This document shows, in pieces, positions 26,052 through 32,065 of a stretch of 32,065 nt of DNA. Under the pieces are notes generated by a model, which was not told the origin of the DNA, made no database searches, and saw nothing but the letters and a program-made list of their open reading frames with translations. The DNA is from an uncultured bacterium. GTDB taxonomy: Bacteria > CSSED10-310 > CAZUFC01. The position numbers and the translations under genes were made by a program. The DNA lies in contig CAZUFC010000097.1 in the NCBI GenBank assembly GCA_964619725.1, forward strand, positions 1-32,065. Reading direction: 5' to 3'. Numbering within the stretch: position 1 is the first letter of the stretch; the number at the start of each line of letters is the position of its first letter.

Positions 26052-27509
26052 TCATGACGATTGGAAACCTGGTTTTTCAAGTCGGCGTATTACTTCCTCA
26101 ACCAGTCGATCATCAGTCCATTCCGTTTTATCGGGAACTGCAAGGATGTGAACGGGCGCCGGAGAGCAGGGCGTCCATTTTATTCGAAAAATATCGCTCT
26201 GGTAACCCGTAAAAACCACAATCAGCGGTTTTCTCAGGGCAGCCGCCAGATGCTGGCCCATCGAATCGTAACCGATATAAGCATCAGAAGCTTTTATCAT
26301 GGCCGCTAATTCTCCCGTATTGCCCTGAAAGGCGTATATATTCGAATCGCAGCCTTTTTTAGCGAATGAGACATCCAGGCCTTCGATGATCGGCAATTCA
26401 GGGTTTATACTTTTCAGCAGCGCCCGAAATTCCTCCATTTCCTCTGCAGCTCCCAGGTCGAAGATAATCCTGAAGCCTCTTCCCGAAAGCGTTTGAACTA
26501 AACTCGATTCGAAACCGGGGCCTATTCTTTTCTTTATGTTGCCTCCCACGCCGAAATTCATAACGATGATTTTTCTTTCGTCAGTTTTTAAACTCTTGAT
26601 GATAGTTTCAGCAGCATCTATACCGGAAGCGCCCGGAGATAGGTGAGGAGAAAGATCATGAAGAGATTTTTCGGGAAAAAGCGTTTGCAGCCAGTTTTTC
26701 ATCTTTTCGCAAAGGGGAACAGGCCCAGAACTGTCATTATCCTCGCAACCCTGAAACAGCAGGTGGTTTTCCGGCTTCTGATGCATGGGAAGCATTCCGA
26801 GCTGGCTTATCCTGGAATCGGGATCAATGACCAGGTAATCATCATTTTGTTTGTTTAACAGATCGAAAAAATCCGCCCATACGTTCAATCTGTCTGTCAA
26901 ATTCCCCCTCCGGGGATAAAAGATATTCTGAAATTTCAACTCTTTGCGGCCCTGAAAAAGTTCTTTCAGCTTTTCTGTATTGCCTGCGAGGATTACTTCC
27001 GCTTCACGAAATATCCTTGAGGTTGCATCAATCACCTGGCTCGTAAGCAGCGCATCGGCTCCCAGCGTGACGCGAGATAAGATGTAAATGCGTCCGGGGT
27101 AAGAATTTACGGAAAAAGGCGAACGAGATAATTTCTTCACTTTTTCGACACGGCGGAACATATCCTGTTCACGGATTAATCCGGTTGAAGTCAAAGCCTG
27201 GTCTATTTTTTTTCCCTGATCGAGGTGACGGATATAGCGGAGCAGATGCGCAAAAATGATTTCGTAGCTTTTTCTGTTGCTGCAGGTGAAGGAATCATTA
27301 AGAGGTTCTATGATTTTACTGAAAAGTGCAGCGGAGGCGGATCGAGCCGTATCCGCGTTATCGGAAAAGGATAGCTTGAGAATATCGTCCAGAATTTTTA
27401 AATCAATTTGCTGTCCGGCAAAATCAGAGGACTGATGAAATTTTGTGATGAGATTTTCGACGGGTGCGCTCATTCGGACTATTGCCGGCCGATAATGCAG
27501 TATTATCAC
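26052..27509 (-). CDS. Glycosyltransferase family 9 (heptosyltransferase-like) with N-terminal extension
   Basis: Motifs SRVTLGAD and YIGYDSMGQHLAAALRKP. Confidence 0.75.
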   Translation of the reverse strand: MIILHYRPAIVRMSAPVENLITKFHQSSDFAGQQIDLKILDDILKLSFSDNADTARSASAALFSKIIEPLNDSFTCSNRKSYEIIFAHLLRYIRHLDQGKKIDQALTSTGLIREQDMFRRVEKVKKLSRSPFSVNSYPGRIYILSRVTLGADALLTSQVIDATSRIFREAEVILAGNTEKLKELFQGRKELKFQNIFYPRRGNLTDRLNVWADFFDLLNKQNDDYLVIDPDSRISQLGMLPMHQKPENHLLFQGCEDNDSSGPVPLCEKMKNWLQTLFPEKSLHDLSPHLSPGASGIDAAETIIKSLKTDERKIIVMNFGVGGNIKKRIGPGFESSLVQTLSGRGFRIIFDLGAAEEMEEFRALLKSINPELPIIEGLDVSFAKKGCDSNIYAFQGNTGELAAMIKASDAYIGYDSMGQHLAAALRKPLIVVFTGYQSDIFRIKWTPCSPAPVHILAVPDKTEWTDDRLVEEVIRRLEKPGFQSS

Positions 27510-27518
27510 GAGGAATTG

Positions 27519-27965
27519 TCAGATTCTCTTGAGTAATTCGGCGACATCCCTTTCATAACCGGTTTCGTTGAATTGTTCAAGATTCTTCAGGCTGTAAACG
27601 ATTCTTTTTCTCAAGAGTTCCGCCAACTTGTGCTCAGCTTCATGTCTGCTGAATCCCTTTTTAATCAGAATTTGAATGGCTTTTTTGACCGCGGGCGGAT
27701 TTCCCTTCTTTTCCTGCTCTCTGATGACGGCATGAATATGAATGTGAAAAAACGGATTAGTTCCGTCAATCGTCATTTCCTTCATTCTTGGTGCATCAGC
27801 GCGATTCCAGACGATTTTGTACTCCTCATGCTCACTCATAATTTCCCCGAATAACCTATCCTGAGCTTCCATAAGTTTTTCCGGAGAATCCTGATAAGTC
27901 CTCCAGATTTTTTTCAAGCGTGTTCCGGCCAGCATCTTAAAGCCGTCTTCCAATAATTTTTTCAT
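27519..27965 (-). CDS. DUF1841-like protein
   Basis: Motifs EHEEY, NPFFHIHIHAVIREQ, RHEAEH. Confidence 0.7.
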   Translation of the reverse strand: MKKLLEDGFKMLAGTRLKKIWRTYQDSPEKLMEAQDRLFGEIMSEHEEYKIVWNRADAPRMKEMTIDGTNPFFHIHIHAVIREQEKKGNPPAVKKAIQILIKKGFSRHEAEHKLAELLRKRIVYSLKNLEQFNETGYERDVAELLKRI

Positions 27966-28120
27966 CCTTCAAGCCTCGATATTTTAATTTCCTTCCAGAA
28001 AACAGAACCGCGATAAATATAGAAAGATTCGGAAGCCATTGCAACAAAAAACAGAGGACTGAAGAAGACCGGGGGCATGCGGGTGAATAAGGTCAAAGGA
28101 AGAACGTGTTTTCAGGGGTT

Positions 28121-28145
28121 TGCGAAGGGCTCTGACCCCTTCGCA
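28121..28145. repeat. REP-like hairpin
   Basis: Perfect 9-bp stem tgcgaaggg-ctctgac-cccttcgca in a divergent intergenic region, related to 19219-19244. Confidence 0.55.
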
Positions 28146-28420
28146 GGTCCAATAGCGTCAAGGGCAGAGGGCGGAGCGAATGGACATTTTGAATGATTAA
28201 TGAGATGCTGTAGATGTTCAGGAGATCAGATGTCGGGTAAGCGAATAGTGTTTCAGTCTGATGGAAGCGGGTATGGCGAGAAGATTGAAAATCTTGAAAA
28301 AATGAAGTTGTATGAAATCATTTTAGATGGGGAGATCAGAATTTTGAGTTCATAGTGGGATGAAATAAGGCGACTGTTTTTACGGGAGTCGCCGGTTTAA
28401 CCTCAAAGACCGGAGAGATA

Positions 28421-29215
28421 ATGATGAAAATCGATCTGAAAGGAAAAAGAGCGTTGATCACGGCTTCGAGTCGTGGTTTGGGTTATGCGGCGGCACGAGA
28501 ATTGGGAGCCGTCGGCGCTGATTTGGTGATATGTTCGAGGAATCAAAAGAATATAGAAGATGCCGCCTCGCTAATAATGGAGGAGACGGGTGCGAGCGTT
28601 CTGCCGGTTCAGGCGGACATTTCGTTGAAGCAAGACATAGAGCGTATAGTGAAGATTTGTACAGATAAATTCGAATCGATAGATGTACTGGTAAACAATG
28701 CCGGCGGCCCTCCTTCTACAAGTCTGGGCGATACTACGGAGAAACAGTGGAAAGATGCATTCGAGTCTCTTTTGATGAGCGTCGTTCGATTGACGACGTC
28801 GTTTGTGCCGGTGATGAAACGGAGGGGATGGGGACGAATAATCAATATAACTTCCGTTTCGGTGAAGCAGCCATTACCGGGTTTACTGCTTTCAAATACG
28901 TTAAGGGCGGGAATAGCGGGATTTGCGAAAAGTGCGGCGCTGGAGACGGCTGCTTACGGAGTGACCATAAATAACGTATGTCCGGGAATGACTAAGACAG
29001 AGAGGTTGAAAGAGCTGGCGGAAACGATTTCAAAGATGGAAAACAAGGAGGCTGCGGATGTATACCGTCAGTGGGAAGAAGACATTCCGGCAGGACGGTT
29101 GGGGAAACCTGAAGAATTAGCTTCACTGATCGCGTTTCTGGCGAGTGATGCGGCTGCATACATAAATGGTTCGACTCTCTGCGTTGATGGAGGATTCGTG
29201 CGCTCGCTTTTATGA
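28421..29215 (+). CDS. Short-chain dehydrogenase/reductase, 3-oxoacyl-ACP reductase-like (SNxxR subtype)
   Basis: Motifs TASSRGLG, VNNAGGP, LSNTLRAG in place of YxxxK, NNVCPG, IPAGRLG, VDGG. Confidence 0.9.
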   Translation: MMKIDLKGKRALITASSRGLGYAAARELGAVGADLVICSRNQKNIEDAASLIMEETGASVLPVQADISLKQDIERIVKICTDKFESIDVLVNNAGGPPSTSLGDTTEKQWKDAFESLLMSVVRLTTSFVPVMKRRGWGRIINITSVSVKQPLPGLLLSNTLRAGIAGFAKSAALETAAYGVTINNVCPGMTKTERLKELAETISKMENKEAADVYRQWEEDIPAGRLGKPEELASLIAFLASDAAAYINGSTLCVDGGFVRSLL

Positions 29216-29255
29216 AGATGGCGGATACTGGTTTCTGGAGGACCTGGCTGATGGG

Positions 29256-29302
29256 CCGGATTTCCTCTGCCTGTTCCTGGAGAATAGACAGGGGAAATCC
29301 GG
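29256..29302. terminator. Long hairpin between convergent SDR and FadL genes, probable terminator
   Basis: 21-bp imperfect stem ccggatttcctctgcctgttc / gaatagacaggggaaatccgg with a 5-nt loop. No strong U-tract. Confidence 0.6.
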
Positions 29303-29322
29303 GTTGAAGAAATTCGGATATA

Positions 29323-30585
29323 TTACATTTTATAATTAAACGATAAACCTAAGAGATGAGCTTTGCTTTCGTATGTTGCGGGATAGGGGAAACCGTCCTG
29401 TACCAGGTCCGAGGTTCGTTCGTCAAAGAGCAGATACATGTAGCCGGCATCGATGGTCACGGCGCCGGAGGAAAAGCCGAATCCAAACTGAAAGGAATTT
29501 CTGTCAGCGCCCGGAAGCATCGGGTCCAATGTTTCATCAGGTATCGGACTTTCATCATACAGGTAACCCAACCTGGCTTTTATTTGATCGTTGAAGGCAT
29601 ACTCTGCGCCGAAACGATAGCAGAACACGTCATCCCAGTTTTTTTCGACTACCGTGTCTTCGGGCATACCTTCTGAGTATCTCAAGACAAGTTCATCAAA
29701 AGAGGACCACTGCCACCAGTTGACGTCAAGCTCGATTTCCAGTTTGGGCATGGGGAAGAATGCCATGCCGAGCGTAGCGAAGGATGGAAAAGTCATGGTA
29801 GTTTCCATATCGCCGTCCGGCAGGGCAGCCCTCAGGGCATCATCTATAGCAGGTATTCCGGTTAAAGGCAGATCGAAATCGACTGTCCCTTCAAAATCAA
29901 CATCTACTTCATGACGGTAGGATAAACCGGCCTGAAAGTAATCGCATGGACGATAGAGAGAACCGAAATTGAAAGTATAATTCCCGCTTCCGTTATCGCC
30001 CTCCATGGCAGCATGCGCATCGTCCAATCCCATCTCAAGCAAATTTATGCTGCGTTCCAACTCAACGTCCGCAAGAACATAATCCACGCCCAAAGCCAGG
30101 GAAAGTTCCGGAATAACCTGGAAAGATACGGCAGGATTCAAATAAAAGGACTGCAAGTCAACCTTTTCCACAAGATACCTTCCCGTGTATTCACCGCCCC
30201 AGTCCATTCCCAGTCCGAAGGGTGAAAAGAAACCGAAACCCGCGGAAATGCGGTCGTTGAGTTTGTATGAGGCGTAGATCGTTGTGGGAAAGAATACCTG
30301 TTTCTCCGCTTCGTAATGCTCGCCGCCGTACATGGCGGGTTCGTCCAGTTCTGCGTAAGAAAAAATAGCCGTCGTCCCGACATTGATCTGGAAACCCTCA
30401 AGTTGATTCATGCCCGCAGGATTGTAGAAAAGACAACTTGGGTCATCCGCCCTTCCCACGAAAGCGCCTGCCTGCGAGGTGGCGGCAGCGCCATGCTCAT
30501 AAATCGAAAAACCCGCAGAGAACACGAGGCTTTCAACATTCACTATTAATAACACTAAAGCTAAAAAAATTAATGACTTACCCAC
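29323..30585 (-). CDS. fadL: FadL/OmpP1/TodX family outer-membrane long-chain fatty acid transporter
   Basis: GTG start with AAGGAGG SD and signal peptide. Motifs AGFSIYEHGA...AGAFVGRADDPS..FYNPAG, PFGLG, WWQWSSF, RFGAEY, YDESP, LPGADR. Confidence 0.88.
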   Translation of the reverse strand: MGKSLIFLALVLLIVNVESLVFSAGFSIYEHGAAATSQAGAFVGRADDPSCLFYNPAGMNQLEGFQINVGTTAIFSYAELDEPAMYGGEHYEAEKQVFFPTTIYASYKLNDRISAGFGFFSPFGLGMDWGGEYTGRYLVEKVDLQSFYLNPAVSFQVIPELSLALGVDYVLADVELERSINLLEMGLDDAHAAMEGDNGSGNYTFNFGSLYRPCDYFQAGLSYRHEVDVDFEGTVDFDLPLTGIPAIDDALRAALPDGDMETTMTFPSFATLGMAFFPMPKLEIELDVNWWQWSSFDELVLRYSEGMPEDTVVEKNWDDVFCYRFGAEYAFNDQIKARLGYLYDESPIPDETLDPMLPGADRNSFQFGFGFSSGAVTIDAGYMYLLFDERTSDLVQDGFPYPATYESKAHLLGLSFNYKM

Positions 30586-31081
30586 TATTAACCTCCTTGG
30601 ATTTATGTGGCGTCCTGGTCCTTCTTTTTCCTTGCTCCGAATTTGATTTCCAAATGTTCTGAGGATGAAAAAATTACCACCACCTCCTTTTCTTCCTGAA
30701 TAAAACCGCTTTGTAAATGATTCTATTCTATCTCAGGCCGTAAAACAAGAAATATTCGCGTCATAAGCATATAATCTTTTGCAGTCGGAGCGGAAAACGC
30801 GCAAAATTTTTCACACTTTGCACATGAATTGCCTGAAATTCCTGTTTTTTTCTGATCCATCGAGTAATTAGCGTTTCGTTTAATCATTGGCATTAGATGA
30901 TGTTTTCAATAATGTCCTTTCAATGGCTGTCCGAAGACCAAATAGACATTTTGCAGAATGCAGAATTCATTCCAGAAACGGCATTTATCAAATATCAGTG
31001 TTTCGAAGATACGGTTTTCGCAGCCTTGAATTATTGAGAAGCTTTGAAAATCTGATAAGGATAAAAGATATCACCTCGTCA

Positions 31082-31164
31082 TTATTTATTCCGTTTGCAG
31101 TTCTGATTTTGATTTTGATTTCGATTCCGATCCTGATACTGATCCCGATCCCGAAACAGACAGT
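31082..31164. repeat. Degenerate hexamer (NNGATN) tandem repeat with conserved flanks, copy 2
   Basis: ctgatt ttgatt ttgatt tcgatt ccgatc ctgata ctgatc ccgatc between TTATTTATTCCG and GAAACAGACAGT, in the same orientation as 142-231. Confidence 0.75.
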
Positions 31165-31382
31165 TGTGGGTTGGGATCAGTTTTTTGGGGGGATTTCAAT
31201 CCATCAAATGTTTTATGAAAAAATTTGATCCAGGATTGGTCAGTTCTCCGGAAATATACCGGCAGAGCTTCCGGGAGGGACATGAAGAGGAGCAGAATGG
31301 CGTATAAAGTTGACAAGAGGTATGAGTTTGTGGTAGCGATTTTCGATGGTTTGTTATTAATTAACGTTGGAATGGGTGAAAA

Positions 31383-31649
31383 ATGGAACAGAATGATCGT
31401 GAAAAACTTCAAAACGACGTAAAGGCATTAATCATAGAAAGACTGAACCTGGATATCGACGCATCTGAGATAAAAGTAGATGAGCCGCTTTTCGGCAATG
31501 GTCTGGGGCTTGATTCTATTGATGCGCTGGAGCTTGTCGTAGGTTTGGAGCAAAAGTACGGCATAAGCATTCCCGACGAAGACGTCGGCCGTGAGGCGTT
31601 TGCATCTGTGAGCGCTTTGGTGGATTATATAATCAAAAACACGCAGTAG
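31383..31649 (+). CDS. Acyl carrier protein
   Basis: 88 aa, acidic, with the phosphopantetheine site in LFGNGLGLDSIDALEL. Confidence 0.92.
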   Translation: MEQNDREKLQNDVKALIIERLNLDIDASEIKVDEPLFGNGLGLDSIDALELVVGLEQKYGISIPDEDVGREAFASVSALVDYIIKNTQ

Positions 31650-31743
31650 GCATTCGAGACCGATTCCTGTTTTCGAAGGAGATTTTGTCCGGATCAGGAG
31701 AGGGTATCTGGTGCGTATGACTTTCAGTTGCGGAAACGTCAGC

Positions 31744-31918
31744 CCGGATTTCTCATACGAAACCTGTTATGAAGGTCCATATCCCGGTGGCTTCAAGCGC
31801 TGCCCCCTGCGGACTTGCTCAAGATAGCGCCGCAATGCTTCCGAAGTCCACCGGACCGCCACGCATGAATCTGCAGGAATCTGAATGCTTTCACTATGAT
31901 TGAGTATGAGAAATCCGG
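31744..31918. mobile_element. MITE-like element, 175 bp with 15-bp perfect terminal inverted repeats
   Basis: ccggatttctcatac (31744-31758) and gtatgagaaatccgg (31904-31918). Non-coding, self-complementary interior. No clear target-site duplication. Confidence 0.65.
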
Positions 31919-31995
31919 ATTAGGCCTGAAGAAGATGTTGGGCAGGATTTCCGTGGTTTCACTGAACCGATAAGGTGGGGATATGGAAGCTTATT

Positions 31996-32050
31996 AGTGA
32001 CTGTCCACATACTCGATTGTCGATTCAAAATTTAATGCTGGACAGTCACT
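31996..32050. repeat. 55-bp element with 12-bp perfect inverted ends (IS-end or mini-MITE-like)
   Basis: agtgactgtcca (31996-32007) and tggacagtcact (32039-32050). Confidence 0.55.
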
Positions 32051-32065
32051 GCGGTTTTTGATCCA

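Noticed and set aside
30818-30832. Sigma54-like TTGCAC-N5-TTGC
   Set aside because: It lacks the invariant GG at -24 and has no nearby downstream gene on that strand.
31310-31340. Sigma70 promoter for the ACP gene
   Set aside because: TTGACA is perfect, but the best -10 (TAGCGA, 18-nt spacer) is poor. Plausible but unsupported.
30887-31422. ORFs 30887-31228, 31086-31412 and 31225-31422
   Set aside because: The first two are low-complexity translations of the hexamer repeat (ILILIP / SGSGS) and the third overlaps the ACP start. None has family motifs.

Overview
32 kb of bacterial chromosome from a diderm: it has two outer-membrane barrels and a GT9, and resembles an uncultured or candidate lineage, but the taxon cannot be fixed from sequence alone. 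The left third is a two-gene operon that looks like a non-cellulosomal cohesin-dockerin surface assembly. One gene is a 2212-aa secreted beta-helix protein ending in a dockerin plus its own cohesin. The other is a 1187-aa scaffoldin-like protein with four Cys-rich cohesins, two CBM-like domains and an IPTL-CTERM-like membrane anchor. The middle holds PFK, a YedF/DsrE protein, a catalytically degenerate MlaF-like ATPase, DUF2007, a small repeat protein resembling the 7_1-knot family, BtpA and a methyltransferase. Next come two divergent secreted hydrolases (CocE/NonD and GH57) that share the same ~120-aa C-terminal domain (LE-x4-YFWPSW...DID...FxWP), the GH57 gene being followed by a PorV/TraF-like barrel. 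This may be a CTD-dependent export or anchoring system. The right part has a MetH lacking its reactivation domain, GT9, DUF1841, an SDR, FadL and an ACP, plus small non-coding repeats and MITE-like elements. No rRNA, tRNA, CRISPR array or transposase was seen. All family assignments come from motif recognition by eye, not database searches.
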